Below are positions 26,421 to 41,362 of a DNA stretch of 64,000 nucleotides, in pieces (positions within the stretch are counted from its first letter, which is position 1; each line of letters begins with the position of its first letter). The notes under the pieces are model-generated. The model ran no database searches and was not told where the DNA came from. It saw only the letters and a program-made list of their open reading frames with translations. Source of the DNA: Octopus bimaculoides (taxonomy: Eukaryota); assembly GCF_001194135.2 (NCBI RefSeq), contig NC_068981.1:49438319-49502318 (forward strand), written 5' to 3'. Made by a program: the position numbers and the translations under genes.

Positions 26421-27679
26421 GCTTAAGAACGCTTATGATTCTTTCCCTTCCTTATTGAATATTAAACTAATATAATATTTGTTAAATATTTTTCCTTTAT
26501 GCGTTATCTTTCTTCGTTTAGTTTTTGTTCATAGCATTTACAATAAACTGAGTACATAAGTTATCATTGCTTTGGTATCTTTTATTCATTTTTTCCTCTT
26601 CAATTCCAGCCGTATTCACCGTTTATACGTATATAATATTGCATTGTCATTCTGTTATCATCGTTATAATGGCTACAAATTTTATCATCATTTCTCCCAC
26701 TAACGCACTCAATCCATCTATCATAACCACCATGACACCGACGTTTATAAACGCCATTACAGTTCTGGATTTTATAGCAACATTTTGTAAGAGTAACACT
26801 GCAAACATCAATTATAATAAGATCGGTTGAGCTAAAACACTTTCTGCACAGGTCTTGTCAAAAAAGAATTTTGATCTTTTGTAACTAATTATTATATTTC
26901 GCATGTATATTTTAGTGGTTATTATTCATACACAAAGCATTGTTTTAGAATTTCTCTGAGAGATTCAAATATTCTTGTAAAATTTCAGAAGCAATATTTC
27001 AACGAAGCTTTAAATTCCCATTTTGCACGTTTTATTATTTTTTTTTTTTTCTGCAGCAGTCGGATTGAAACTTGTTTTGCGTCATTGTGTTGTGGTTTTC
27101 AAGTCCACACTACTGGAAAATAAAATCGATTCTATACATGCATGTTGATATAATGTTAGTGTCGTCACATTTGTGCATTCATTGCATACGGAAAGAGGTA
27201 TGCATTTCGGTGTTTAATTTACTTAATCTCAAAGACCTTAACGTTAGAGATTCTACAAGAAATAGCAGCCGGTCTTTCTCAAATGAAACTATGCCGTTTT
27301 GAAATTTTCAGCCACTCTGTAAAATGTAGTTTTTGATACATAATACGTGCCAGAAAGAAGGATTGATTCAGGCGGAAGCACGTTTGTACACGGAATTGAA
27401 GGTAGCTTACATAAAATGAACAACAATAAAAATTAAATCGGCATGAATTCAACATTTCTTGCAATGTTTATATTACAGTAAAATTACGGAGCCCGTGGGC
27501 CAGACGACCCTGCGATATGGAGCAAAATATCAATCACACCGCTCATACTGTCTCAGAGAAGAATTATTACAAACGGACTTCAAAATATCACAAGATACGA
27601 TGTTCGTGAGAGGAAGGCTTCCGACGGCAAACTGAATCTTTAGGAATAACGTAGGACCAAAAGGAACAAATAAATATAT

Positions 27680-27980
27680 AACAATGATTGTGTGTTAAAA
27701 AATTTCCTTTCCAGCCACATGGTTTAGGGTTTTCACCCACTGAGTGGTTTTCATCGACGGTAAAATGTATAGAACCCGTCGTGTGTGTTTACTTTCCACC
27801 ACTGTTTGAGAGCCAGTATTGGTTTGCTTACAACCCCATAATCTAGCTGTTCCACAATAGAACCCAATAAAATGAGTGCGAGGCCTTAAAAATAAGTACT
27901 AGGGTTGGCTTGTTCTATGAAATTCTTAAATTTAGTCCCCGAACATAGTCAGTGTCCATTGCCTAAAACAAATAAAAGAA
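27680..27980 (+). mobile_element. Degenerate SINE family A
   Basis: CCACATGGTT..CCCACTG..GAACCCGTCGT..AATAAGTACT.GGGT.. matches the family A body and 3' part. Confidence 0.6.
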
Positions 27981-28485
27981 GTTAAAATTTAGAAAATGTC
28001 GAAAACTTTTAATCATGATGGTGTGTTTCTTTTTCCATGTAGTGTTTATTATAGAACTACATGTACAAAGAAAATCCCTTCCTTCCAAGGACATGAATTA
28101 GTGTTCAGAAAATTTTACATCTATAAAGCCATTATCAAATTAAACTGAATATTTTACGGCACTTATTGATAATAACATTGTACATCTTATTGTACAAGAA
28201 ACTCACATTATAGTCTTGTATTTATTTAAAGTGCAATTAAGTGTAAAATGGTGTTTATAAAATCTCGTGTAAATTTTACCTATTTGCCACACGCTTTCAT
28301 GTAACACTTTCCCGCCATTTAAGGGTTGCTATTTCACTTAATAGAAGTAGTCATATTACATATCAACATCAAACAATGAACCTGTTACATATTATATTAT
28401 TAAGAAAAATCAAATTAATATCTTAAAATGTTTTACAAACGAAAAATATGAAATTATGTGTGATATGATTAACATAGTATAAATT

Positions 28486-28700
28486 TTGGTTTCAAATTTT
28501 GGCACAAGACCAGCAATTTTGGAGGAAGGGATAACTCGATTAGATCAACCCCACTTTTCAGCTGGTATTTATTGTATCGCATCGAAAGTATAAAATGCAA
28601 AGTCTATCTCATCGAAATTTGATCTTGGAACGTAAAGATGGACGAAACACCGCTAAGCATTTTGCCCGGCCTGATAACTATTCTGCCTACTGGCCGCCTT
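28486..28700 (-). mobile_element. tRNA-derived SINE (family B)
   Basis: GGCACAAG..GCTAAGCATTTTGCCCGG..GGCCGCC, homologous to 22331 and 60705. Confidence 0.8.
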
Positions 28701-29600
28701 CAACTTAGTATAAATATGAAGATTAGCTGTGTAATTTCTTCTTAGTAATGAATGAATCATAATTATTTGTTGTAGCAACTGACAAATGGCACTGACGCAG
28801 ACGAGACACGAAAAAGTGAACTTTGCTTATATACGAATCGAATAGTCAAGTCTTTGTAGCTTTTCAAATGCAACATGAAATTAAATATAAATCAAATAAA
28901 CTGTAATATCATTCTGTTACGGTTAACATGTGTAACGATTCAACGATTGGTCGATATCGAATATATAATCGCATGTGAATTATATTACGCAAGGCAAATG
29001 AATGAAAACCTATTCAGGGATATCGAAGACAAACACCTCTCATTTTTATTTTGTTTTGTGACATACATAATTAAAGATTGCTCTAATATAGTACAAGTTT
29101 TTGTTTTGTATTTTTTGAGATCGACAGGAATGCAATTAACCCAATCAAATGTGAGTTATTAATTATCCAGTATAACAACAGAATCTTACATCATGCCACA
29201 AGCATTTTATATCAATTGTGGTTACTTCCAATTTTAAGGTAATCACCGACGAGGTCATCATATATACATGTACATATACAAAAATGCGTAAGCAGAAACT
29301 TATATATTGACGTCATAAAAGTTTAAAATTTCTAGAATGAGAAATAATTAATTTTAGAAACAATGAATACCGAATTAAAGGAAGATATTGTTTATTTATT
29401 ATTCACAAAGCTATCATTTGCAGCTCTGTTTCCATCGCGATTAGGTGATTCTAAAGAGAAGTACCAGGGTCACAATCGGTTAATGCGCCGTACTTAAAGA
29501 CAGTAACTTCCTAGTGTTAATTCATACGTTTCAAGAAATTCGGAGGTTGAAAATTCAAGCTGCAACCGAGGAAACCAGTATTATTTGTTTTACTATTGTA

Positions 29601-29865
29601 TTGGCGCAGGTGTGACTGTGAGATAAAATATTGATTCTCAACCACAAGGTTTCAAGTTTAGATCATTGCACGTCACTTTGGATCAACCAAATCCTTGTGA
29701 GTTGATTTGGTAGACTGAAACTGAAAGAATCTCACCGTATGTGTGTGTATATGTGTGTTTGTGTGTGTGTGTGTGTGTGCATGTGTGTGTGTGTGTGTGT
29801 GTGCGTGTGTGCGCGCGTCTTTGTGTTTGTCTCCCACCACCGCTTGACAATTGGTGTTGATGTGA
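29601..29865 (+). mobile_element. SINE family A with internal (TG)n
   Basis: GCGCAGGTGTGACTGTG..CCTTGTGAGTTGATTTGGTAGACTGAAACTGAAAGAA..CGCTTGACAA. Confidence 0.7.
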
Positions 29866-30625
29866 TATCATCTCTGAAAACGAGGCTGTGAAACATATAT
29901 GCACAGGGGTCAATTCTATTTACTAGAAATTCAGGAAAGTTATGCCACAGCATAACAGCCCAATGACTGACACATGTAAAAGTTTTTTTAAAAAATGTAT
30001 ACACACAAAAACACACACACACCCACGCACGTTCATCTACGTGTACATAAGTGCCTTTGGGAATGATTGTTAAAATGAAAGGCCAGCTTGCTGCTAGCCC
30101 AGTCGAATTGATTTCTCTCTGACATGAATTATTGGGTAATGGAGCATAATGAAATATGTTAAAGATTTTTTTAAAATAAATACTTTCATATTAAAATATC
30201 TGTTTCGAAGACGATAACATGAATACCAGTTTAACATTGGAATAGATGTGATTGACTTAAACATTCGACCATAATTCCTGACAATGTGTCAAAATTTCAA
30301 ACCAATATTTTCTTATTAAAATTCTAATCCTTGCCAACATTTGAGGATCTTCCTTTTACTGTTGTTTTGGCATGTTGAAATTTCGTTGGGGATTATTTAA
30401 CATATATTTTACATCCATAAGTAATTGCACTTGCGCAAAGGAATCTTTTTGATCTGGAGTAAATTTCATTTCCATAGATATTGCGAATGGCAGTTACGAC
30501 TCCTTTTACTTATTTCAAAATGTGTGTATGCCATTCATGCGATATTCGTATCTCTATCTTTCTCTTTCTATTTCCTTCCTTCTTTATTTCTCTCTTCATC
30601 CATCTTTCCTTTTTGTCTGTGTACA

Positions 30626-30670
<45 letters not shown>

Positions 30671-31394
30671 TTTCACATACATATAAACAGTAAGAGAGAC
30701 GTGCGAGAAAAATTGAGATACATGGAGAAAGGAACATGAATGAGAGAAATCAAGACAATATAATGCTCTATACATTATATAGGTGCGATGAATCAAGGCT
30801 GAGACGTTTATATACAAATGTAACGCAAAAGTTACGTTTTCTTCAGTATATAAAATTATATTAAGAATATATTACACGTAAGAAATGCATACAATAGTTT
30901 AATAAGCTAAATCAATTGGGAAATTAATTTTAATTATGTATAGCCAGTTGGCTACTCTGCACAGCAATAAAATTGCTATCTCATATAATATGAAACTATT
31001 CATAAACGCTTTTGATCTCTGGTGTAAATATGATTCGCTGAATCGTTTGATATAGTGGTGAACTTGCGTCAATTAAAAGTCAAATTTAACGCAGAGTTAG
31101 TAAATCTACGAATATATTCATGTACTCAGCAAAGTCAGCTTGATGAAAGGAAATTTTAAATTGGAAATTACAAAGTTAATCAATGTTTTCTTTATAATGT
31201 AACTTCGAAAAATGGCTGGTTTCATCTTTCCTATAAAGGCCTGATATACACACATGCCAACTTGCATATTATATGAGTAAGAACTTGTACATAACCAAAA
31301 ACGTATATTTGCGCACACTCATAAAGTATCTACATAGGTACGTAAACACACACACATATGTATGTATGTATGTTTGTATGTATGTATGTATGTA

Positions 31395-31431
<37 letters not shown>

Positions 31432-31830
31432 ATATGTATATGTATATGTATATACAAGTAGGCATAAAGGCGTACACATATTTTATGTATTATGTACATA
31501 AATGTGTGTGTATGTGTGTGTGCGTGTGTGTGTGTCTATGGATACATCCATACATAAGTAACTGAAGTGATATATTTAGCTAGAGATCTCAAAGAAAGTC
31601 GTTGATCCAAATGATTTCAGAAGAATGTGGAAGAAACATTGACAACTTTTCTAGAAGCTATTCAACAAAAGTATAAGAGATTCCCCGAATATCATTGCTT
31701 CCAGTGAAATTCTCATACATGGGAATTAAGCGTGTAAATAGAAAATTAAAGAGATTGCTAAACAGAAAATGCTGATATACTGCGAGATTATATAGAACTT
31801 ACTTATCATATATGAACACTCATACATAGA

Positions 31831-31886
<56 letters not shown>

Positions 31887-31889
31887 TTC

Positions 31890-32185
31890 TAATATATCTT
31901 CGGGCCGACCAAATCCATGTGAGTGGATTTGGTAGACGGAAACTGAAAGAAAACCGTCGTATATATATTTGTGTGTGTGTGTTTGTCCCTCCACTATCGC
32001 TCGACAACTAATGTTGGTGTATTTACATCCCCGTACTTAGCGTTTCGGCAAATGGGATCGATTGAATAAGTGCTAGGCTTACGAAAAATAAGTCCTCGAG
32101 TCGATTTTTTCAACTAAAAGTGGTGCTCTAGCATAGCCGCACTCAAATGACTGAAACAAATAAATGAATACAAGAATAAAAGAAT
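31890..32185 (+). mobile_element. SINE family A lacking its head
   Basis: CGGGCCGACCAAA..GTGAGTGGATTTGGTAGACGGAAACTGAAAGAA..CAAATGACTGAAACAAATAAA. Confidence 0.8.
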
Positions 32186-32204
32186 ATGCCATAAGGTCTG
32201 CAAA

Positions 32205-32385
32205 TCTAACGGAGGCCAAAAAAGACAAAGATCAGAACTTACCTGCAGGTCTTGGTGGTTCAATTCGGGCAATCAATGTGGTGTCATTTCAATACCTTGT
32301 CAGATGCCATGATAGTTCTAAAGTGTAAGTACAGGAGGTTCTCAGACTCTGCATAACGAGTAGACAACCACAATATATATATGGG
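32205..32385 (+). mobile_element. Third, internally deleted copy of the RTE zinc-finger 3' end
   Basis: TATGCCATAAGGTCTGCAAATCTAACGGAGGCC..ACAAAGATCAGAAC matches 16644-16710. GCATAACGAGTAGACAACCACAATATA matches the 3' UTR of the 8.4-kb copy. Confidence 0.75.
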
Positions 32386-32875
32386 TATAAAGTGGGAATA
32401 GGTTCGCGTGACAGTTAACCAAGTTAATAATGATAATTTACATTTTGTATGGATATAAACAATAAACAGCTACTTAATTTGCCGTATGAGTGTATGTACG
32501 GCAAATCACGTAGGTGCGTATGCTTATATCTCTGTGAATGTTTATACGTACGCAATGCAACTAAAACGAGGCGGTTTGTATATTCATATCTGTTAACGTT
32601 TGTATGCAATACTTTATTCTGTGTATGATGTATTCGTTATTTTTTGCATTAGTTATTTATTTTTTGATCTTATAAAAATGAAGCAGAATAGTCGTTATTT
32701 TACGGGACATATTTTGTAATCATTTCAAGGAAGACATCTCCTCCGCTGGATACTTGTATACCAGTTGTTAGGTATCCAAGCCGTGAAAGATCGATGCTAC
32801 ATGGGTCGAAACAATTCTAGTGATTTATAAATATCTTCATATCTTCCATCCACCGTCTCTCTCATTATTGATATA

Positions 32876-32940
<65 letters not shown>

Positions 32941-33904
32941 TAATAATAATAATAATATATATATATAATTAGCATATATTTTGACTTTAGCAATAATTTC
33001 CCATTCTGTTTGAGGGTTGTTTATTCCACCTTCATTCACTACTCATATCATATTTGTCAAGAATGTTGCACGTTTCATTTTTTTTTTTTATTTCTGTCTC
33101 TGATTGGTGCTAAGTATTATGTATACCTTTTCACGAGTGAGTTGACCGTCATTCCTATATACGTCTTTGCTACTCCGCTGGGGACCGTGATATTTTCCTT
33201 GTATAAGACTTCTTGCTCGATAGAGTTGTTGTTTAGAGGACAGCGGTTTAGGCATCTGCAGTTGCATTGCATTTCAGGGTGATTCTGGTGCGTTTATAGT
33301 GATTGAATATTATTGACTCTATATTGGGGAGGCAACTATTGTTAAATAACAGCATTTCTTTCGTAAATTTTTTAGTATGTGAGTAAGTGTGGAAAGTGTT
33401 CGTCTATCAGTTTTAAGAATTTTCTAGCTATTTTAGTTGCTACATCCATGCTATATAGTGGTTTAAACCATAAGTTTTCTGTCTGTCTGCGTCTTCCAAG
33501 TCTATTTATATTTGGTTCAATGTAGTATATTCCATATATACATATATATATATATATGTGTGTGTGTGTGTATGCGTGTGCGTGTGTGTGAGTGTATGTG
33601 CGTGTATGTATATGTGTGTGTGTTTGTGTGTGTGTGTGCGCGTTTGTTTCTACGCGCGCGTAAGTGCATATAGCTTCTCAACACACCTAGTCCGAGACAT
33701 GGACACATCTTTAAAACAATCCTTGTTATGATTATATTTGTACATATATATTAACATTTTAATAAATTTCATTAAAGAAATGCAAATTTGGTTCGTATTA
33801 TCCAATGTAAATTCTTCTAAAAATTCATGCGATACCCCGCTCCCCATTCAGTTTGCAATGTCTGCCAATGAATATTTGGAGTTTTAGACTAATCCTTATT
33901 ATAA

Positions 33905-34030
33905 TCCTTAGCACACCGGGTAAAATGCTGAACAACATTATGCCCGTTATTACGTTCAGAGTCCAAATTCCACTGAGGTCGTATTTGCCTTCCCTCTGTT
34001 CAGGGTCGATAAAATAAATGCCAATTTAAG
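33905..34030 (+). mobile_element. Degenerate SINE family B
   Basis: TTAGCACACCGGGTAAAATGCT..TTACGTTCAGAGTCCAAATTCCACTGAGGTCG..GGGTCGATAAAATAA. Confidence 0.65.
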
Positions 34031-35498
34031 ACTGAGAGTCACTGTAATCGATTTGTTCCTTTTCCAAAATTTGAAACCGATATTATCGCTCATGCAAGCA
34101 ATTATTCTTCCCTGTGTTAAGAAGTAGGAAACCCAATATTTCAATGTAATCATAGAAACTACCGTTTACCGATATTTCGGATGTGGTCCATATATTAAAT
34201 ATATTTGCAAATTGAATAAAATCGAAGAAAATGTTGTTTTACGGAAATGAGAGGTTCGTTGCGTAACGTCACTTGAGGAAGTATGGCTGAAATAACTTCG
34301 AATTAAAATATTGGTCTTTCTAAATAATAGATCAACAAGTTGCAATGAATAGAAATTTGAAATTAATTAACTTTTTAGTTGCAACCTTATACTTAATGTC
34401 AAATGTCAACGGAATCATAACCTCAACATATACTCAAGAAGAGATGTGAAACATCCGTTCCTGATGATAAATATCACCCGACATACAATTACCTGATATA
34501 TGTCTTACTATATTACAGCTAACACTATTTTTAGAGTCATTGTTTAATGTCGATATGTTGAAGTTGTTTTACAAAATATTGTAACGACACGCTGAAATAA
34601 ATAGCGCGATCGAATACAAATTGTAAAATCAGCAGTCTAAAATATATCTTAGGTTCAGTCCTCATACTTCAAGTAAAGCACAAATATAGGAAGTACTTAA
34701 AAAGAAATTTTCCTGATTCACATATATACCACAAAAGACTATGTAAGTGAATTTGATATTAAACGCTTTGCTAATCAAAAAGAGTCTATTCTTTCCTTGA
34801 AGTGGGAGTAAAAGCTTAAAGAAAGAAAAGTCATGCATTTTGAAGGGACTTGAAAGTAGAAGTATTAAAGGAAAATTCAATGTTGAATTAAAGTGAAATA
34901 CCGAACATTATTTTGAATTCAAATCATTTCAATTTGTAGCCACGTGTTTATGCTTTTAATCTACCAAACGAATTAAGGAAGAAAAGAACAATAGAAAGTA
35001 TTTAAATGTAACCTTGAATATCAATGGAATTACATTTATTTGCTACTTACCCATGCCTTCTAGAAACAAATAGGATCCTACTAATCAAATATATGTGAAA
35101 CTAAATAATAACGTGACGAAATACTGAATAGATAAGAGAATCAAATAGAGTGAGAATGATAAAAGATTAGTGAAATAAATGGTGGTGATACAAACTAAAT
35201 AAATGAAAAAATTAATGAGGTAGCATTTGATAAAATAAAATCCACGCATGAGGCAATTTTATAAATATAAATAAATTCAATCCGTAGTCGTGAATAAATG
35301 AAGGAAATGAATATGCGTGGCAAAACTTTGAAGAAAAACTATAAACTTCAAAACCAGAGGTAAAAATCGCAACACGTAAAATAAAATCATTAAGATATTT
35401 ATGAGTGTATTTACCATTCATATAAATAGGTGTGTGTCAATTTTGTTCTTGGTTCTATGCATTTGTTCATGGTTGAACATATGTATATGAGTATTGAA

Positions 35499-35532
<34 letters not shown>

Positions 35533-36324
35533 CGTGTGTGTGTGTGTGTGTGTGTGTGGAAGTTTGTCTATGTGTGTGGGCGAGGTGCAGCACTTGAAAA
35601 CGAAGACCTGGCATAACGTTAGTGGAAATAAAAATAACGTCCACACTAACTCGAATGAAGTGCAGGGACATAAAAAGACCCAAACTATGAAAAATAGATG
35701 CTATAAAATTACTTTTTGACAGAGGACTTCTGATTATAACAAGCAGAACAGCATTATGCGATGCACCACATTGCTATAATAGGTTATTTTTACATACAGA
35801 TTCGTGGTGTTTGTCACTGAGAGAAGATAAAGGATCAGGGAAATGTCTAGTTATATATGTTCAAATTCCACTGCCTTGTGTTAGCAACTGCAGTCGCTCC
35901 CTACGTGTCGGTGTAACACATTTCCAAATGTTACTGTAGGCAACCCACAGTCCGTCGGATGATGTGACGGCGTTATGTACACTGCTATAACAGCCACTCT
36001 CCAAATGTTGCCAGTTGTTGACGTAGGCGACTCTGTTCCTTGGTTATTGCAGCGTATAGCCACGTGTAGGTGGTAGTGGTTTCGTATATAATGGTGTTTG
36101 TCACTGTCACCGTGATGGTTTCATAGGAGCCACCGTCTCAACTCTGATCAACTGTTAATTTTAGGGTTGAGGCGCACCTTAATTCGTGTGTGGATCGGTC
36201 GTACTGCACTTACGATGTAGCAGTTGTGGCATTTGGAGCATTGTATTTAGTACGTGGGCACATAGTAGTGTCGCGAATTGGACAGTTCGTTAGAGTTCTG
36301 GGCTATTGCACTGCGATTGACCAT

Positions 36325-36590
36325 CTTTACATAGGGACACAGTCCTTTACATAGGGATACAGTCTCTTTACATACGGACACAGTCCTTAAATCGCAGCCT
36401 TGGTTTCTGTCAGGGTCTCTTTCCGTTCACAAGTTCCCCATATATCATCTGCTTAGGGATCCTGCTATCCTTCTTTCTAATAAGGTGTCCAGTCGTATGT
36501 AACTGGTGCTTGTGCACCATCGCTCCAATGCTCAAGATATGTGCTGTCCTCAGGACCTGTTTGTCTAGAGTTTTTAAGGCCTAGCCAAGA
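36325..36590 (-). mobile_element. RTE LINE ORF2 C-terminal fragment
   Basis: QVLRTAHILSIGAMVHKHQLHTTGHLIRKKDSRIPKQMIYGELVNGKRP*QKPRLRFKDC. Confidence 0.8.
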
Positions 36591-37931
36591 TTCAGAATAT
36601 ATTTATACACGTAAATGCATACCTATTGATCTTTCTTTCCATTTTTGTTTTCCAGATTGCTGAAATAAGAACCATTATAAGAGTTTAATCGCGTGAGTCA
36701 TCAAAAAGACCAAATTGAAAACTAATACTACGTGATCAACTCGTGAGCTGCAAATAATCTGTTCCTGAGTATAATTTATTTTGAAGAAATAACGCACATA
36801 ACAATTTTGTCAAAGGGAATTGACTTTCTGCATTCCAATATATATTTTCACGGATATTTGCAATGTGTTTTATTGAAAACCTATTTAAAATTCCTTATTA
36901 TAAAGATTATATAATCCTATGACAATCAACACACGTTGGTCTCTGGAGAGTTCAACGCTAGTGTGGTGAAAGAATTAAGGTTGTGTCCAAAAGGCAAGGT
37001 AAGGAATAACGCTTTTTTTTCGATTTGTCTTAGTGACTATTAAATGAGTTTACCATAACTTGTGCTAATTTTCATTATATATATATTAGTCTGAACTGCA
37101 ATTGACACATGCTTAACTTTTAGGCATTGTCTGACAGGTAGAGCGTTTGAAAATGTCGTACTTTATAATATATGGCTACCTGTTAGTTTACCCATTAATT
37201 TTCATATTACATACATTAAACATATACATATGCAGATGAGAAATAAAGACTGATGGAGAAAAAGAGAGAGGGCAGAGTGAAAGAAAGAGACAGACTTATA
37301 TATATATATATATATATATATNNNNNNNNNNNNNNNNNNNNNNNNNNNNNNNNNNNNNNNNNNNNNNNNNNNNNNNNNNNNNNNNNNNNNNNNNNNNNNN
37401 NNNNNNNNNNNNNNNNNNNNNNNNNNNNNNNNNNNNNNNNNNNNNNNNNNNNNNNNNNNNNNNNNNNNNNNNNNNNNNNNNNNNNNNNNNNNNNNNNNNN
37501 NNNNNNNNNNNNNNNNNNNNNNNNNNNNNNNNNNNNNNNNNNNNNNNNNNNNNNNNNNNNNNNNNNNNNNNNNNNNNNNNNNNNNNNNNNNNNNNNNNNN
37601 NNNNNNNNNNNNNNNNNNNNNNNNNNNNNNNNNNNNNNNNNNNNNNNNNNNNCTTATACCGGAAGAAATCCCTAATTACCTCCCCCTATCTAGAACTCTT
37701 CTTTTCAGACTGGAGCGAACACATGTTACGATGAAGTAGAGAAATTTGAAAAGACAACACGAAACCGGTTATTTCTCCAAATACAATGTTTATATACCCA
37801 AAAAATGTTATAACATTTTTCTGACATAATTTAGATATATACTTTAACCATGTAACACAAGCCTTCTGTAGTTTTTTCACTCTTATTATCTTTTATACAT
37901 CCAACCACGTGCTTTCACATACCAACTTTCT

Positions 37932-37970
<39 letters not shown>

Positions 37971-38057
37971 GTACATTTTTTACAGAAGCATACATAAATA
38001 TGTATTTATTTGAATGCAAGTACGTATATGTATGTATATATATATATAAATTTGTTT

Positions 38058-38302
38058 TTCCAATTTAAATATAGCATAAAACCTTTATAAGAATTCATCA
38101 AGTAGTTAGCCTGAAAAAACTCATAAGGGAAAAATGTTATTAATTATACCCTATGAATATATTTATTTATATTAAGGGCATTACTATGCATAGAATCCAC
38201 AGGCTAGGAGGGATTCTTAGAGAGAAAAAAACTACCATAATAAAAACATTTTACTGAACGCGAGGGAATGCAACTCTCGGAGCGAGCATCCTAAAATCAG
38301 AG
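38058..38302. mobile_element. Partial foldback MITE copy, in opposite orientation to 38551-38855
   Basis: The arm aligns directly to 38551-38718, and the core 38225-38300 is the reverse complement of 38719-38790. Confidence 0.7.
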
Positions 38303-38550
38303 TCAGCGGTATATTATATGATTTCGTAATCAGTCCACAAATGCACTCTTTACTCGCAGTACACGTATAGTCAAGACATATAAAAATAAACAAAAATCAA
38401 CATGCCAGACGAACACCACATGTATCCAGCATAGTACATAGAAACTGTTTATATCAATATATCTATGTAAGAGGCGGGCTTTTTGAATTGCATCTCGGTA
38501 CACGTGTTTGTTCAGAATAAAATTCAGCACTGAATATATTCTGGTTAAAT

Positions 38551-38855
38551 TTCCAATTTAAATATAGGATAAACTCTTTATAATAATTTATCAAGTAGTT
38601 AGCGTAAATAAGACCTCATAATGGAAAAAATTATTAATTATTTCCTCTAAATATATATATTTATACTCAGGGCATTACTATACATAGTTGCCTCACACTA
38701 GGAGGGACTCTTAAAGTCTGATTTTACGAGGCTCGCTTCGAGAGATGCATTCCCTCGCGTTCGGTAAAATGTGTTTATTATGGTAGTTTTGACTTTAACA
38801 GTCCCTCCTAGCGTGAGGCATCTACGTATAGTAATGCCCTTAATATAAATAAATA
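38551..38855. mobile_element. Foldback MITE with ~50-bp near-perfect inner TIRs
   Basis: AGGGCATTACTATACATAGTTGCCTCACACTAGGAGGGACTCTTAAAGTC (38669-38718) pairs with 38791-38840, with ~4 mismatches. Confidence 0.85.
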
Positions 38856-38859
38856 AATG

Positions 38860-40572
38860 TATATATATATATTTATTATTGAGATCCTACTTCTGATATG
38901 CGGCATTTGGTAAATAATGGTGTTTGATGTCGCTACCCTCATTTGCAACTCTTGCCGCGAGGTAGGTTCATCTGGGACTCCCGACAGGAAGAGGTCCAGT
39001 TTTGAAATGAAAACACCTATGTCCACTTTTTGCAGATCCCACTGGTTCTTTGGGAGAATAATCTAAAGCTGTTGGCCCCTCAACCCTAGGCTGTTGCAAT
39101 AACTGGCCTGGAAGCGCGATGGCATTGCTCAGATCTTTGGCACAGTGCAGTGTCGATCCGTTCTGACACTGGCGTAGCTTTCAATGTCAAAATTTGGCAC
39201 CATTCCTTCCAGGATCTTCCAGATGTGTATTACTGTACACTTCTCCCACCTTCGCTCCAGAGAGTAGATTTTTAGCCGTTTCAGCCTTTCCCAGTAGCTG
39301 AGCTGTTGCAACGAGACGATCTTCTTTGTGAAGCTTCGCTGGATTGCTTCAAGGTCCGCTGTTAATTTTACACTGTTGGGTGACCATATTTGGGAGCAGT
39401 AGTCCAGGCAGCTGAAGAAGAATGTCTTTCAGAGGACCATCATGGTTTTTTCTCTCTGGTCCTGAACATTCCCAGAATCCTTCCAGGCATTCGTCTGCAC
39501 TGTGTAGCCATCCTGGTAATGTGCTCTTGGTAAAAAGGTACCATCAGTCAAGTCGATACCCAGGTCCCTCATTGACTTGAGCTCTGGGAATGTAATCGCC
39601 TGTGGATCAGTGTACCCTGTAAGTTTCATATTCAGTTTTGGGTGCTAGTAGTGCAGGGCTTGGAATTTTTCAGCATTAAAGGGCAGATTATTGTCCTCAG
39701 CTATGTACAAATTGAGTCCAACTCCTGCTGCAGGCGTGCAACATCGCTGGGGTTCTGTATTTTCTGCGAGACTTTTGTATCGTCTGTGTAGCTACCAAGG
39801 GTGGCTATCCCGGCATATCTGAGAGGCATATCTGAGAAGCAGTGGTCCCAAATAGTACCCTGTGGAACACCGCTCACTATTTTCTTTTCTTTCAGGTGGC
39901 TCTATTGGCCACTACTGCCTGACTTCTATCGCTCAGAAAGTCATGTAACCACTCTCCAAGTTTCCCAGCTGTTCCAAGATCACGCAGTTTCTGGCATATC
40001 CTACCACTTTATCAAAAGCGTCTGCAAAGACAAAGCATATTACGTTCACATTTGAGTTGTTGAGAAACTGCCTCAACACCCCTTCATAGTGCTGTAAGAG
40101 CTGGGCCAGGCAGCTCCTTTCTGGTTGAATGCTACGCTAGGTATCATTCAGGAAAGTTTTTCTTCAAGGAATGCGATTAGTTTTCCTCTAACTATCCATT
40201 CCATGTTTTGCTGATGTGTGATGTTAGAGATATAGTCCGATAGTTTTTGGCATTTGCACTGTTTCCTCCGTTATGAATTCAGAATAATATTCCTTCCTTC
40301 AGCTTCCTTGGAAGCCTGCCATTTTAAAGAAAGCTCTGGAGAGAATCTGTAGAGGATCACTGGGAAACCATCGGGACCAGCATTTGAGTTTGCTTTCACC
40401 TCATCTATGGCTAGTGGTATATCTTCTTCACTAATGTCGATGTAATCTATCGTAACTGCCTCGCTGGTTATAGGTGAAGCGGTAAAGAAATCCACTGGTT
40501 CGTTCACTTGTCTGTGTTTCAACGGGGTGGTAAAGACAATTTTGAAGTGGTCATTCAGTACTTCACTATTCT
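38860..40572 (-). mobile_element. CR1/L2-group LINE, RT plus 3' end, decayed with an internal deletion
   Basis: EVLNDHFKIVFT..AGPDGFP, GVPQGTILGPLL, LSYWERLKRLKIYSLERR and SKLDLFLSGVPDEP motifs. Confidence 0.9.
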
Positions 40573-40694
40573 TTTACTTGTTTCATTCATGTGGGTGTGG
40601 CCATGATAGGAGCACCACCTTAATATATATGTGTCTGTGTTTGTGTGTATATGCATACATATATACAGGTCACGTTGGGACAAGTATAACTCAT

Positions 40695-41200
<506 letters not shown>

Positions 41201-41316
41201 AACCCTCTCCTCGAGTGGGCTATGTATACCTTCTTGATTTGAACGACTTTGCCATGTGGTGCTATTAAGTTAGACATGGCCTGGGCCAGTACCGGCCGAA
41301 ACCTATCAAAGTATCA

Positions 41317-41362
<46 letters not shown>

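Noticed and set aside
38669-38840. Kolobok/piggyBac assignment from the TTAA next to the TIR
   Set aside because: Arm homology extends beyond the TTAA and the left side lacks TTAA, so the superfamily cannot be called.
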